Shown piece after piece: positions 24,171-38,415 of a stretch of DNA of 64,000 nucleotides. A program made the translations under genes and the position numbers. Positions within the stretch are counted from its first letter, which is position 1, and every line of letters begins with the position of its first letter. Under the pieces are notes generated by a model that was not told the origin of the DNA, searched no databases, and worked only from the letters and a program-made list of their open reading frames with translations. The stretch comes from Thalia democratica. Taxonomy: Eukaryota. The stretch is taken from positions 6,262,001-6,326,000 of the forward strand of contig OZ241832.1 of assembly GCA_965202585.1 (NCBI GenBank). The letters are read 5' to 3'.

Positions 24171-24571
24171 AGTAATTTTAATCTAGTTGAAAATTTAATA
24201 TAATTTTTCAAATTTAATAAATTTTTACAGCAGTTAATTGAATATAACAAGTAACTGTTTTTGTTAGTTAAAAGCGACTTCAATAATGTTTAATGGGTTA
24301 GTGAAAAATATAAGATTAATTCTGGGTTTTAACTCATTTTCATAAATGCTCCCTCGGCAACAAGTTCAAAAATATTAGCTCTTTTACTAGTTATATACCT
24401 TATTAATTTTCGTTTATCTACCAGTTAGTGTTGCCTAACATTATCTTAATCTAAAAGGGTGATATCGTCTATTTTACAACACTCTAAAAAGCTCGAAAGT
24501 TTAATAAACGTTTTTATATTTAAAAAATATGCTTAACTTTCATTTTCTTATTTAAAGTATAAATTCTACAG

Positions 24572-24833
24572 AAAACCCTATTATTGACAAAAACATACTT
24601 TTGCCAAATGTAACTTTTAATGCTATTTTCTAAACGATGTTAACAATTTAAATATGCAAAATTTCAAATAAATAAAAAAATAGTTAAAATTAGAAATGAA
24701 AAACAGTTTAGCAACATAATATTCGTCGAAAATTTTAAAGATATTAATTATAGCTAAAGTTTCTATGAACTTAATTCAGAGATGTTTGCAAACGATTACT
24801 TATACTAACAAATGGTACAGTTCATGATTGTAA
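24572..24833 (+). pseudogene. 'Ghost' degenerate copy of the BACK N-terminal exon start, upstream of Kelch gene C
   Basis: ttctacag|; AAAGTTTCTATGAACTTAATTCAGAGATGTTTGCAAACG; paralogous to 20108-20355. Confidence 0.6.
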
Positions 24834-25184
24834 CTTTTTAAAACCCAGAAACACTTTTAATTTATATAGAACGTTGCTAAATAAAAAATTAAGATGTTCA
24901 TTGCAGTATAAAAAGTATTATACTAAACAAATGTTACGAATCAAGTTTCATTTATTTCTCGCTAGGCAAAAGTCTATAAATAATCACCCGTTTTATCACA
25001 TATAGCTCTTTTGATGTTAAACTTTAAAAAAAACAAATCACAGGCATTTGCTAATTGGTTGCCCTAATTGTAAAAATCGAGGAAAAGTCGACATTGTTTA
25101 ATAAGGCTAGAAACCTTGATATAAATTTATATAGTTTGAATAGTAAAGTATTATATTTAGTATTCTTAATTGTTATTTTTACAG

Positions 25185-26103
25185 AAAAGAGGTCGAGCTT
25201 GTGATGTCAATGAAACTTAACAAAGTTTTACTTAACGAAGTTGAAGATAATGAAATAAACGAAGTTATGATGTCCAAAACTGATATAAAAAATTGTTTAG
25301 TAACACATTGCTCATCAAATATTTTAAAGCTTTCGAATTCATCTAAAAATTTTATGAACCTTATTGAGCGCTGTTTTCCAATGGCTTCTGATTCTGATAA
25401 TTTTCTAGAGTTAGACTCTAACTCTGTTAAAAGAACACTTTTAAGCAATGAATTAAACGTTGATACAGAGCTGCAAGTATTTAATGCAACAGATAGCTGG
25501 TTGTGTCATGCCTTAACTGAACGTAGAAAATACGCAAAAACTCTTTTGTCTAAAGTTCGACTTCCCCTTCTGTCAGTTCCTGCATTAAAACAAATTTTTG
25601 AAAGGGTATCATCAAAATATCATGAATGTGCTTACGTTATTAAAGCAGTTTTAGACAATAAACAACAACTAAACTCAATAAGTTGCAATATTACAATTAG
25701 GTATTGCAACCAATGTAATTTTAACATATTAGTTTGTGGAGGATCAAATTATTGCCTAGATAAAGTTTTTAATGATGTTAAGTTTTTTAGTGCAAACAAT
25801 TTTAGTGAATTCAGTAATTTGCCACAAATGAGAGAATGTCGAAAATCTTTTGGAGCAGTTTATATTAAAGGTGAAGTGTATGTCCTTGGTGGCGATGATG
25901 GTAAACAAGTTGAAAAGTATTCCCATTTAACCAACACTTGGGAACATGTATCTGACATGATAGATGATCGTATGTTTTTTTCTGTTTGTTGTTTTCCTGC
26001 ATTAAAACAAATTTTTAATGGTGACATTATTGAGGCTGTTCAACAAACAACAGCTAAACTCAACTACTTGCGATATCACAACCAGGTACTGCAACCAAAG
26101 TAA
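25185..26103 (+). CDS. BACK-Kelch gene C: intact frame through BACK and about 1.5 Kelch blades, then a chimeric 3' end
   Basis: Acceptor tttacag|25185; stop-free to TAA 26101-03 (track ORF starts at GTG 25201, first ATG 25204). After ~25995 the sequence jumps to another paralog's BACK end. Confidence 0.7.
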
Positions 26104-26149
26104 TTTCAACATATTAGCTTGTAGAGGTGAAAACTGTTACCTAGAGAAA
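25996..26149 (+). pseudogene. Fragment D of a fourth BACK-Kelch paralog
   Basis: PALKQIF..IIEAV(fs)NKQQLNSTTCDITTRYCNQSNFNILACRGENCYLEK aligns to gene C NKQQLNSISCNITIRYCNQCNFNILVCGGSNYCLDK. Confidence 0.8.
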
Positions 26150-26418
26150 CATCGGAGTCTTACAAAGCACTGAACAAGCTCGAATAAGGACAAACTATAT
26201 TGAAAATGCCGTGTATTTCCAAACTGTTCAACAGGAGTCACCACACCTGACACCCAAAAGTTACATGAGCTGCCTTATTTGACGCAAAAAAGTTACGAGC
26301 AACAAGCGCCGGTTTAAACCCGATAAACTCCAATCAAAATCCGTATTTACAACCGAATGACTACGACTCTGTTTGTGATGAGCAACCACCAAACTGTATT
26401 TACGAAGAATGTGACTGA
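26150..26418 (+). pseudogene. Terminal exon relic encoding a tyrosine-rich tail (frameshifted copy)
   Basis: Frame A, 26151-26279: IGVLQSTEQARIRTNYIENAVYFQTVQQESPHLTPK... Frame B ends NPINSNQNPYLQPNDYDSVCDEQPPNCIYEECD* (TGA 26416-18). AATAAA at 26439-44; GC above background. Confidence 0.6.
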
Positions 26419-27465
26419 TTTGTTATAGAAACTTCTTAAATAAAGCTGTTGAAAATTTTTTGTTGAATGTTTTAAGCGTTGTTGTCAGATTTTAACCAGA
26501 ATAAAGCCAAATGTATTTAAAACACGTGCAAATCCATTTTTTTACAATCTAGCAACTTTACTGAACACTACTTGTTATTTTTCTAACTGATGTTTTGGTC
26601 AAATTGCTGTATATGGTTTGTAGCACAGTTGTCAGGCTGGATATCAAGGTTTTTTACAGATGATGGAAAACTTTAAGTTTTTTAATTTAAACTTTTACTA
26701 GTGATGCTAATACTATCAATAAAATTATCAGTGTATTAATTATTACGTCACTTTACTTAAAACTTCGATGTTTTCAAAATTTCGTAGAGTAAAAGTGGAC
26801 AGAAAAACTTTGATTTTTGTATTTATTTAAAAAATTGCATGAAAAATGAGTGAATTTTACATTTAGAATGATAAATCAAAATAACTGTTTTATAAGCACT
26901 GAAGTTAAAGTTTCGAGCAAGTTTTAAAAAATTAGTATGTAATCGAAAATTTAGATGAAAAGTTATGGTCGAAACAAATACGAAACATTGTAAAAAATAT
27001 GTCAAGTGTATGCAATATGAGCTGTAAGTAGTAATCAAAAACTAATAGAGATACTACATGTGTTTGAAAGATGTGAAAAAGTGAAAGTTTACATATGTTC
27101 AACGGTCAAACTAAATTTTTAAGGTACTCAGCTGATGCAAGTAATTTAATTCAGCTTTGAAACAAAAACAAAGTAAAATCTAAGGGCTAGAAAAGTCTTA
27201 AAATGGTATGTTTGAACTTGCTTTAAACAAGAAACTAATTCTAAGTGTTTTTAATAACACAAAGTAAAAACTTACAGCATTTAAGACATGGAATTTGAAC
27301 AGGCGACGATACAGCGAACAACCAAGATTAATTCAAGGAAACATAGAACAACAACGTCACACTGAATTAGTTCCGTATAATTGTTGAACTTGATTTAGAG
27401 CATGATAGCCGGATTATTTACTACAAATATGTATAACTTGTAGTCAACATCCAGCAAATAATACT

Positions 27466-27818
27466 AAAAACCACGGTACAAAAATACGAAACTTTTTTTA
27501 AAAATTTCTTCCAGGTTTTTTAAGAACTTTTGCTCTTTTTTAGCACAAAATAAAATTTAAGCTGAAAATTTGTTTTAATTAGTAAAACAACGTACTATTA
27601 CGAAAATTAAAAAATATTTTTTGAATGATATACAATTTTTTCTATATGAATCGTATTTGTAGAATTTTGAATACTTAACATAAAAAAAAAAATTTTCTTT
27701 TTAAAAACTCAGTTTTTTACAGGTTTTTTAATAATTTTAGTTCAAAATTCTAGGTTTTTTGAGAGTTTTTTAACCCAAATTGTCTAATTCCAAGTTTTCA
27801 AGTCTTTTCGCAACCCTG
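27466..27818. mobile_element. Unit 2 copy of the TIR element relic
   Basis: Ends CGCAACCCTG; colinear with 1090-1440. Confidence 0.55.
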
Positions 27819-27973
27819 TTTATATACTACTTTGGTACTTTAAAAGATTTTTGCTTATTATATAACTGTGGTAATTAACTGTACTAGTAACTTACGAAGT
27901 TACTTTACAGAAATTAAACTACTAAAAAACTTTAGAAAGAAAATAAATGAATCGATGGTTTATCACAGAGAAG

Positions 27974-30900
27974 CTGGACTGAATAAGTCATAAAGACTTT
28001 AAATAGGAAGTTTATTTGAACTGTGTTAGTTACTTGAAGGTAAAATAAGTATTGTTTGAGACTTAAAGTTGAACTAATCATACAAACCAACACAACAAGA
28101 TGATGATTGACAATAAAATATTAATAAAGAATGTAGTGGGCCAGAAGTAGAACTAACTTACGAAACAACAAAATAGAAATTTAATATCGTTTTAGACTTA
28201 TAAACAAAGGCTATTAAGTTTAGAGAAACAATGGAGAATATTTTTTAAACAAACTGTTAATCAATTTTACAGTAATACAAACAAAATAATGAGCTTCAAA
28301 CTAAAATACAAAATCGGATCTACTTTCAATACTGTTGGAATAAAGTATGTTTGAATACGAACATGACATAATTCACAACTAATTTTTCCACAGTTTTGTT
28401 CTACTCTAAACCAATACCTTTAAAAAATAAGTTATTTGAAATATTAAAGTTATTGTTAAAAAATAACTAACGTTAACAACCTCAAAATAAGAATTAGTTG
28501 GCGTAACGGTATTTGATACAATTAATCGAAAGTACAGAGCTTTGAATCGTTGAAACATTGTTTTTATTGTCAAATAAATTGACCATGTGGTTGCTTATAA
28601 ATTTTAAGTAAAACAAATAACACGTTGTATGTCTAATTGTAAATAAACTAAAATAGTGACATGAACAACTTTTAACTGACTTATAAAAACAAACCGTCTA
28701 CAAGATATTTGGCATTTATTAGACAGTATTAAACACCATAAAATACTTTAACTATTTTAATTACAATAGATATTGAAAAACTAAACTACAATGCAAAACT
28801 GTTGTGTTACTTATAGAACAATACCAAGGTTGTCTACTATAAAACTTAACCGTTCATATTAAAACACCAAGGATATGTACTATAAAACATTAAGCTTTAC
28901 TTTTAGTTTAAACTTGTCTGTTAAAACAAATAATAAAACTATGTTTAGTATTTAGTTTGCTATGGGCTGTTAGTAGATTAAGTACGAAACAGCATTAACT
29001 CTCAATAACAAACACTATTGGTTCAGGTTGAACAAAAGTTTAAATATTGTCAGTCATAAGAAATCATAAAAATATCTAAAAACATGAAAAGTGATACAAT
29101 TTAATGTCGATAAGAGTGAAACATATTTTAGTTAACCCTAGAGTTTTATTCACTTATAAATAAATAATTATCCTACCTTTAACGACCCTATAAGAATTTC
29201 TAAGCATACAAAATACATTTTAAATATAAGTATGTATAATTATATTCAGTCTTTACTTAACCTTGGGCAAGATTTAGAACTAAATTACGAAACAAAAAGC
29301 ATAACATAACAACAAACAAGACTTATACACAAACAATATCAATTAAAGAGAAACCGTAGATTCATTTAAAATAAACCTTGAAATAATTTTACTGAAACAA
29401 CAACAATTTTTAATTAAAAATATAAAACTGGATCTTGAAAAGGTAAAATAAATCATGAGTAAAACATACTTTTCAATGCGGGAACAACTTTTAAACCAAA
29501 ATTTATCGAAGTATATTTAATTTAGTAAGGAATTTAAAGTATAATTAGACTTACAAATAATCATTAGAATAAGTTCATAAGAAACCATAGAAACATTTTT
29601 TTGCCACAAACTTGAAAAAATTCTACAGTAATATCAGTGAAACATTAACTAAAATATGATCTAATTTTTTGATTGGAAATAAATAAATTATTTGTAAAAG
29701 ACATTTTTGAACTAGTTCCAGGTTTTGTTAAGCTCCATTGAGTTTTATACTGGTGATAAAGAGAAGAAGTATGAATGTTAAGATAGTAGTTTAAGAAAAG
29801 ATGGGAAACAAAACATAACATTTAGTTAACTGTTTTAGTTATGGAAACATATATGAAGCTTTGAGTCATTGTTAAACCAAACAGTTTAGATTTTATAAGA
29901 ATCAAAATGTAATACTTATTCTTAATGTTTTTCAACATTATTGACATATTTGCCAAAAGTACAACTTAGACAAGACCATTACGTAAGATAGCCAAAAAAA
30001 AACTAGGCTTTAAATGGAGTTATCAAAATTTCTACAAACAATAACTAAACCAGACTTAAAATGATTTTTGAACTGGGCTAAAATAGTTTGATTGTAACAA
30101 AAGCATAAGTTAAGCTAGCTTTTGTTAATTTTTTTAGTTTAGAGGCACATTTAATGTTTGGTTGTAGAAGACCTAATAAACTTTAAATGACGTGAAACTA
30201 AGACTAAAAATATCACATAGCTTTTATATCGGAAGTATATTCGAACTGTAATTATTATCTTTAAGTTTAAGATAGATAAATGTTGTTTAAAGAATAAAAT
30301 TGAAAATAATTAAATAAACCAGCGCAACAAGATGACAATTAGTAATAAAATACTTAGAACTTATTTTTTCCAATCAGTATACTTTGAAAATGATAGGAGA
30401 ATATAAGGTTTAAGAGAAACCATAGTTTAAAGAAATTTTTAATTAATGTTACAGTAATACGAACAAAAAATTGAACTACCAACTAAAAATACGAAATTAG
30501 ATATAATTTTAATCTCGTTGAGAATAAGTATGTTTAATCACGAATAACACATAATTCTTAAAGCTCTATTCTAAACCAATATTTTCTTTAAAATAAATTG
30601 CACCATTTGAAATGATAGAACAACGTATTGACAAATTAGGGCAAATTTACGAACCAGAGTTGTCATAATACTATTGTTTCTATGCCAGTTGAACGCTGAA
30701 CACTTATTAAACCTTGGTTTATTTAAAACTAAAACCTCTAGTAAATAATTTGTAAGGCAAGCAATTGGTTTAAACAAGTATGTTGCAAACAATTAAAAGC
30801 CAGATGCAGGGAACTCAATTGAATTTTATATTGGAAATAAACTAATTTTTTAGTAAAATTAGATGTAGAGTAAATAGTCTAAGTAGATTTGGCAATTTAA

Positions 30901-33900
30901 AGTAGGATTATTTCTAAAATGAGTTACGTTAAGAAGTAAAATTAAAGAAAAAAAAATCGTAAACATCTGCTTCACTTAAATTAAATATAAACACATGCAT
31001 AGATTTCTAGAGATCTAACGTTTAGATGTAAATAAAATTACCCTTTTCACCTTATTTATCTTATTGAGAAATGCATCCAAAATCAAACCAACTAAATAGT
31101 TCTAGCTCATTAATAAAAAACATAAGTTAGTGTAATAAATTACGAACAACAATGCAAAAATTAAGAAAAAGCTAGAAGCTCCTTATCCATACATCTGGAC
31201 ACTTTAAACGATATGTTACTAAAATTTTGAGAAAGTTAGCGTACTAAAAGAGACTACAAGATGACGTAACATTAGTGGGTACTAAGACTAAGTAAAGTTC
31301 AACTAAAATACCTAAATTTAATGGACAAAAAAAATATGTTTCGTTACTATAACAATGCATACAACTTTATGTGGACAAACTAAGACGTTTGTTATGAGAA
31401 ATTTGAACTTAGTTGGTAGTAAAGTGGAAATTATTTGCGCATAAAAGAACGTGCTTAATTACATGTACTTAAAATAACTAAACTTCTTTCAAACATTATT
31501 AACTAAAAAGAACCCGTGGAAACTTGTTTTAGTAAGCCTTAAAATTATTTTACAGTAACAACAGCAAAACAATGAAGTGTCTAACTTAATTAAAATTATT
31601 AATAATATTAAAGTATAATAACGAACTTGACTTATAAACAAACTTTAGAATAAATTAAACCGTAAATAAATTCAAATAGATAAAACCATAAAAATTTGGC
31701 TTAAATGGCACAACATAAATTACAGCTGAAAAAAAAACTCTAAACATAATCTTTAAATAAGCCTGTAAGTGGGATGTATATTTAAACTGTAATTATTACT
31801 TGAAAGAAACAATTTAATCTTTTAGATTTATAGATAATTATATGTTGTTTATGACATAAAACTAGAAATAATCATATAAACCAGCACAAAATGGTAATAA
31901 TTAATGATTAATTAATTAGAATTTATTGTAATTTTGACATTAGTTTAATTTAAACGCAGGAATAAAGTATAAAAAGAGTTAATTGCCATATACATATGTA
32001 TTATTTATTTGCACCTTATCAAATATTTATTATGATGTTATGATTACATTACCTTATCTATATTCCTTACGTACTTAAGACAGAATACACTAACTACCTT
32101 AAAAAAAATCCACCAAAGATTACCTTTTAAAACGACTTAAAAGTTTAATAAAAAGTGAGAATAATAGTAGTAAACTAATTAGAGAAGTAGTACTAAAAAG
32201 TAAATTTACAGTTTTGAGACATGTTTACCCTTGTGTTTACATAGATTAAATCAGTAGGAAAATATAAAATATTTAAATTAAATGTACACGCATTACAAAC
32301 ATACGAATTTGAGGATACTAAATGCTTATAAGCAAAAATATCATTTAGACAAGTATGTATGATAAAGTAATGCTCATTCTCGTATACAAAAAACTTTGCT
32401 TAATCGTACTACAAAAACTATTTAAAAAAATAATAAACAAGACCTCGAAAATAAAACAGTTACTTAATTGGCGTAACTGTGTTCGGTTAAAAAAAAATTA
32501 AAGCTGGTAACCAGTTTATCAATTCGCCATTTTTTAGTTTAGCTAAAGACAGTTTTATAGTGTTAATATATACAAGGTTGCACATATCTAGTAGAAAAAA
32601 TTTACGGATTTTTGAATTTAATTCAAAAATACATATATTCAAAAAATGGCAACTTTACTTTAAATAGACAATTTATCTCATTGAATTTCGAGTGAAATAA
32701 ATATTTTTTTAAAGCAATACTTTAAAATACAATTAAAGCTACTTTAAATGTGTTTAAAATAAAAAAACAATGATGACAAATAATATATATATACACATTT
32801 GATAGATTATTCGCGTCCAATCAAGATTTTACTACTTAACATGTAAAAGTTGCTTAAAATTCAAGGTTATTTCAAAGTTTCACAAGCTCCAGGTTTTTTG
32901 GCAACCCTGAATGATATAAATATTACAATAAACATAAAAAGTAGTCATTAGTATCAATAAAGTATTGTGTACTTTTTATTTAATTGATCACAATAAAAGT
33001 TTTTGACTAAATAATAAGGAGAATAATCAGTTTAATATTTCAATTTAAATTTTATTACTAAAACAATTTTTACTCGTTTCAACTAAATCAAACGAGACCA
33101 GGCAATAAAATATTACTAGTTGGTTACCATATATGCTTAAATAGAAGAATTTTATTAAAAAAACATGTTATTCATTATTTATTATGCATATGTTAGTAAT
33201 GCCTGCATTATATGATACGTATATACTTCGCTAATAAAGTACAAAACATTTTAAAACTAAACAATATCTGATATTTACTATGTGTCCATAACTTGTGGTA
33301 ATATAAAATTCTAATTTATAATAAATGAGACCTCCCAAAATGATGACGTAATAATCATGAATAAATATAAATACCGAAATTTATGAAAAAGACATTAGAT
33401 TAGTTTGTTAGATTTTAAAAAATGGCCACGTTTTCTGAGTACAAATTAAGGTGTAAATATAGAATTTTATGAAGGGGAGCAAAATAACTATATGGAAAAG
33501 TTTAGCTCACTGTCTATTCAAGTAACAATTAAAATTGTCCAACGATGCATTATGCTTGATAAAAATAACGACTACAGTGAACAACTTAAATATTTTGTGG
33601 CTAAGATACCGGTTGCAAAAATCTAGAAAAAAAAAGAGTAACTTGTACGGGTTTTATCTCTTTTAAACAACGTCAGAGTGAAATTAGTCCATTAAATCAA
33701 CAGTCTTTACTTAACTTTGTTCTACATATAACAACAAAACTAAAATATAGTTACGAACTAGACCTATATGTAATCAATAGAATTACTTTATAAGAAACCA
33801 TAGAATTTTTTAAACAGCCATTAGAAAAAAAAACAATAAAACATTATTTAATTTATGACAATGAATCCAATTTCAACTTTGTTGAACTTTTGTAAAACAA

Positions 33901-36900
33901 ATCATTAGTTAACAATATGTTTTAATTTATCCCAGAGCTTTGTTAATTTTTAAACCAATGCTTATCTAACGAAAAACGTCCACATAAAGTTTCTAATTAT
34001 AGTAAATTATCTTGCCATGAATGCTGACGTTTTATTACTTTTAACGGAACATTTACTTAATTCTATTTCATATTAGTGATAAGCAGAAGACTTATCAATA
34101 GTCTAGAAGCTAATAAACGGTTGACGATAAAAACATATTTAGTTAATATTATAAAATTTTTGAGGCACTGTTTGAGTAATGAACTTATATTTTTACTAAA
34201 AATATAATGCATAACATTTAGTTGAATAAATATATAGTTTTCAGTTAGTAAGATTTAACATATATATTAACGGATAGATGTAATAAAATTAAAATATCAT
34301 TAGGCAGAATTACATAAGGCCTAGAAGTGTACCTTACTTAAAATGCGTACTTTACAGTTACATAGATAAATAAAAATGTCTTCATTATTTTTAAATATAA
34401 AGATGCCAAACAAGCACAACAATCACAATTTTTTTATTAATAAACTTTTAAATATAAAACAACCAATTCATCATCAAAAATAAAACTAAGAATACTTATA
34501 CAAACCGTGAAACTAGACTGAAAAACTCTCAAAGCTTTATACAATGCTGGAAGTATACTCGAACTGTAATGTAAAAGTTTAATAAAAAATAATTGAAATA
34601 TTAAGAAATAAGGTTGAAAATAGTTATACAAACCAGCGCAACAATGATGAAATGCTAAAAGCTGATTGTAGTTTGAAAATTATTTTTTTTTTGAAAATAC
34701 TAAGAAAATCTACACACATCAAAGTTTTTATTTAAGAAATACTTTATATTCAAACTGAAGCAGTCTCAAAAAAAATAAACAAAGTTTATGTAGAAAAACA
34801 AAAAGATTGAAAAGTGAACTTGAGAATCAATTGATCAATTTGATAGCTAAACTAAACTTTTGACCGTACTGAAATACATAAAGCCCAGAGACGTACCTTA
34901 CTTTAAATGCGTAACTTACATTTTTAGATACCCTAACATTTTTACACAGATAATTAAAATGTCTTTATTATTTTAAAATATAAAAATTCCAAACAAGCAC
35001 GAAACTTATATCTTGTTTTTAAAAATTAAAAAAAGTTAATTAAACAAGACGCTCATTGAAATCATACAAAACTGAGAAGACTTATACGAATCGTGAAACT
35101 AGAATGAACTTTAAACAAGTACTGTTTGAGACATAAGGTGTAAATGTTCATAAAAACAACCACAACAACATGATAGTAAATAACAAAACACTAATGACTT
35201 ACTGTAGATCGAAGATTAGTATATTTTGAAAATATCAAGAGAATATTGTCTTTTGAATCTTTTATTGATGAGAAACAAAATATTAAGAGCTTAGCAGTAA
35301 GAAATGCTATGAAGAGTAGAACATTTATTGTGGAAACACTAAGTGTTGTTTGTAAATTTCTTTTAGGTTTTAAAAAACACGTTTTTTGGTCCATTTTTAG
35401 TTGGTCATTTAATTTAAGTAAAAAAATTGTCTTTAATGGCATAACAACATTGTAAATATACTGTAAAGGTACTCCTAGTGTGTTATACAATGAAATTATA
35501 TATTGGTGATACAAAAAAATTCGTTACTTTACATAAAATAAAAAATAATGTTTTTATTAACTTTGGTTCGAACTGTTCTGGGTTTTTCCAGGGTTTTAGG
35601 TTTCAAAAAGTCGACAACATAGCTCTTTACAGGGGCTACAATCAATAATAAAAGTGATGAACCGAAAAAGTAAATGTGTAATCAACAGTAAGGAGTTTTT
35701 TGTTACTTGTGCCAAGTGGACATTTAAAAAAAAAATTTGTGAAACCTCGGAACTAAGAGCTTAATAAAAACTTAATCATGAAATTATAATCGCAGCTATT
35801 TTAACATACTTAAACTAATCAAAGCATATAAGAGTCCACCCTATTAGATTTAAAATCGAAAAAGCGAGTTTAATCTGAAATATAAATTTGTTAATTGAAT
35901 TAGTTAAGAAAGTAGTTTGACTGAATGGGTCATGACTTTGAATGAATAACGTATACGAAGCATTAACTTTGCTTTTGTCTAACAAATAACAAAGATAATG
36001 CAGTATCCCGACATGAAATATGACATGTTTAATTCAACCGAGAACTAAAAAAGTAAAAAATGAGAGTACTAACTATAAAAACCAAGTAAGTTCACAAACA
36101 AGTTTAAATATATCAAAAATAAAAGAACATTAGTCATTACTTTCCACATAAAAAATTGTTAAACAAAATATGTTTGTTTAAAGACTCAATAATTAAGAAA
36201 GGACCCACTGATTGTATATATTAAAAACAATTCACGTAGCTATAGAAAACGTAAACATAAACTGTATTTGTTTAACAATAGTAAAATTTTTATTACGAAA
36301 TGAACGGTTTAGTTAACAAATTAAAAAAAACTTAAGTATGACTAAAACCTGAAGTATTTATTGGTAACACGTTAACGTCTATAGTTAATATGTAAAGTTA
36401 CTCTGATTAACTTAAATTTATAGAAAAAATACTTAAAATAGAAAACTAAATGAAATTAACTAACTGCTGGACAAAGCAATCGTAAAACAGTTAAAAATCA
36501 TATATGTACTTGAAAAAAACAACTACTTTGTTTGATTTTAATATGCAAAGTTGCAACTTTAGAGAGTTAAACATTTCAGTTGGAACATTTGTTAACCTTT
36601 TATGACAAAATAGTTTGGCACAGATTTAGTCTGTTTATTAGTTTACTAAAAAAGTTTTTATGTACTTTGCATATCAAATTATAAGGTTCTGTCTAGATTA
36701 AGTATATTGTTTATAAAAATACGCAGTAACAAGTATAGTACATACACACATATAATTGAGCTGTTACTTGTTAAAACTAAATAATTTTTATATAGAAAGT
36801 TTTGTGTTTAAGTTTACCATTGCTATCTAAGCATTTTTAACTACTTGCAAAAGACAGTTTTTAAATATAACTTGCATATATCTATATGATAAATATTACT

Positions 36901-37713
36901 ACTACTAGAATAATTATTAAAAAACTTATAATCAATGAGAATACCGGATTATGACGCAAGAACGTAGTAATATAAAATAATTAATAAGTTCAAGGATTTG
37001 ACGTGGAAAAAAGCAGAAAACGAAAATACAATTGATGCAAATGATTTGTAAATTTACCTAATTTTATGTGGACAAGTTAAGACGTAAATTTTTAGTAGAA
37101 GTATTTAAAACAAGTGGCTCATGAGTAATATATATCTGTTATCTTTCATACAACTAAAGAGTGAAATTAGTCTGTTCTATCTAATAACTTCTAGTGAAAA
37201 TAAAGTTTGAAGTACTAGCACATTAACTCGGACGTAACTCATTAAAAAACTGGTAAATCTTAGTATAATAGATGTTTTATCTTCAATTATTAGAAAGTTA
37301 TTTGCTTAAAAAGATAGTTTATAAACATAACTTAAGTTTATTTTACATAAGTAGCAATAACCTAAAAAATTATATAAAAAAAGAGACTGCCTCATTATGA
37401 CGCAACAATATGGTAAAACAAAATAAAAAAAAATTAAGGATTTAATGTTGAAAAATAGCAGAAAAAGAAAAGTTCGTACAATTGAGGCAAATGATTTTTT
37501 AAATTTCCTAACTTTAAGTGGACAAATTAAGAAGAAAATGTTTAATGTATAAGTAGCATAAATTTAAAACAAGTGGCTCATGAGTAATTTATATCTGTTA
37601 TCTTTCATACAACTTGATAGTTTAATAAGTCTGTCATATGTTTTCGTTAAGTGAAAATTAAATTCAGTCATGTATTAGTCATGACTTAAAAGTACTAGCA
37701 CATTTTCTCGTAC
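27974..37713 (+). pseudogene. Unit 2 copy of decayed LRR block 1
   Basis: Same sequence as 1597-11336 at +26377. Confidence 0.6.
32573..32909. mobile_element. Unit 2 copy of the rearranged MITE-like element
   Basis: Same sequence as 6196-6532 at +26377. Confidence 0.6.
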
Positions 37714-38268
37714 ATCCAAGTCATAACTCAAAAAGGTGCCGACCAGCAGAGTAACCGGGCCTAAAGGACAAGAATTAAAAAAAAACTAAGGGCAGGCCGG
37801 GAGATGACAGGTGCGAAGCACCGTGTCATCGACCGGCCGTAGCCCTTTGTTTTTTTTTAATTCTTGTCCGCTACCTAAAACTTACCAATCAAACTCATCA
37901 ATGTAAAACCACTCAGTTATTAATTGAAAAACTAAAACTGATATTACCGTCAGGCCTTTAATGGTTAAACACTAATAAGTTAGATCATATAAGCTCAAGG
38001 TTGTTTAAAAGATAACAGATAAAGACCGTACAAATATAACGCAAAAACGTACATTTGTTTGGCAGTTACGCTACTCACGGTCCATTTGACAGAAAAAGGT
38101 GGCCTCCAAGAAAAAAGGCCGCGAAGAAAAAGAGAGAAGGAAAAAGTGAAAATTTTTTCGCCGGCGGAGCCGGCGAAATGCCTTAAAAATTATTTTAAAT
38201 AATCTACACCAAAAATTTCCCACCCATTTTCACATTAGGGGAATCCCCAATTTGAAAAAAATGGGTGA
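37714..38268. mobile_element. Unit 2 copy of the hairpin island
   Basis: Same sequence as 11337-11891 at +26377. Confidence 0.65.
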
Positions 38269-38415
38269 CAGGGCTTTAAAAATTAGTGCGTACCTTACGC
38301 GGATGCGTACTTCTTAAAAATTACCTTTATTTGTAACAGGAAATGTGTAATTAAAAATTTAGTGCGTACTTTATGCGGGTGCGTACCTTATGCGCTTAAA
38401 ATGGTTTAGAGCCTA
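38269..38415. mobile_element. Unit 2 copy of the GTGCGTAC-subrepeat element
   Basis: Same sequence as 11892-12038 at +26377. Confidence 0.6.

Larger units (their letters stand above)
1..26364 (+). repeat. Tandem segmental repeat unit 1 (~26.4 kb)
   Basis: Window start GACTCTGTTTGTGATGAGC recurs at 26365 and 52740; every ORF from 4194 to 26103 recurs at +26377. Confidence 0.97.

Noticed and set aside
20672-25448. Minus-strand ORFs 20672, 21142, 23870 and 25179 (and their unit 2 copies)
   Set aside because: Antisense shadows of BACK-Kelch or orphan coding frames; no independent signals.
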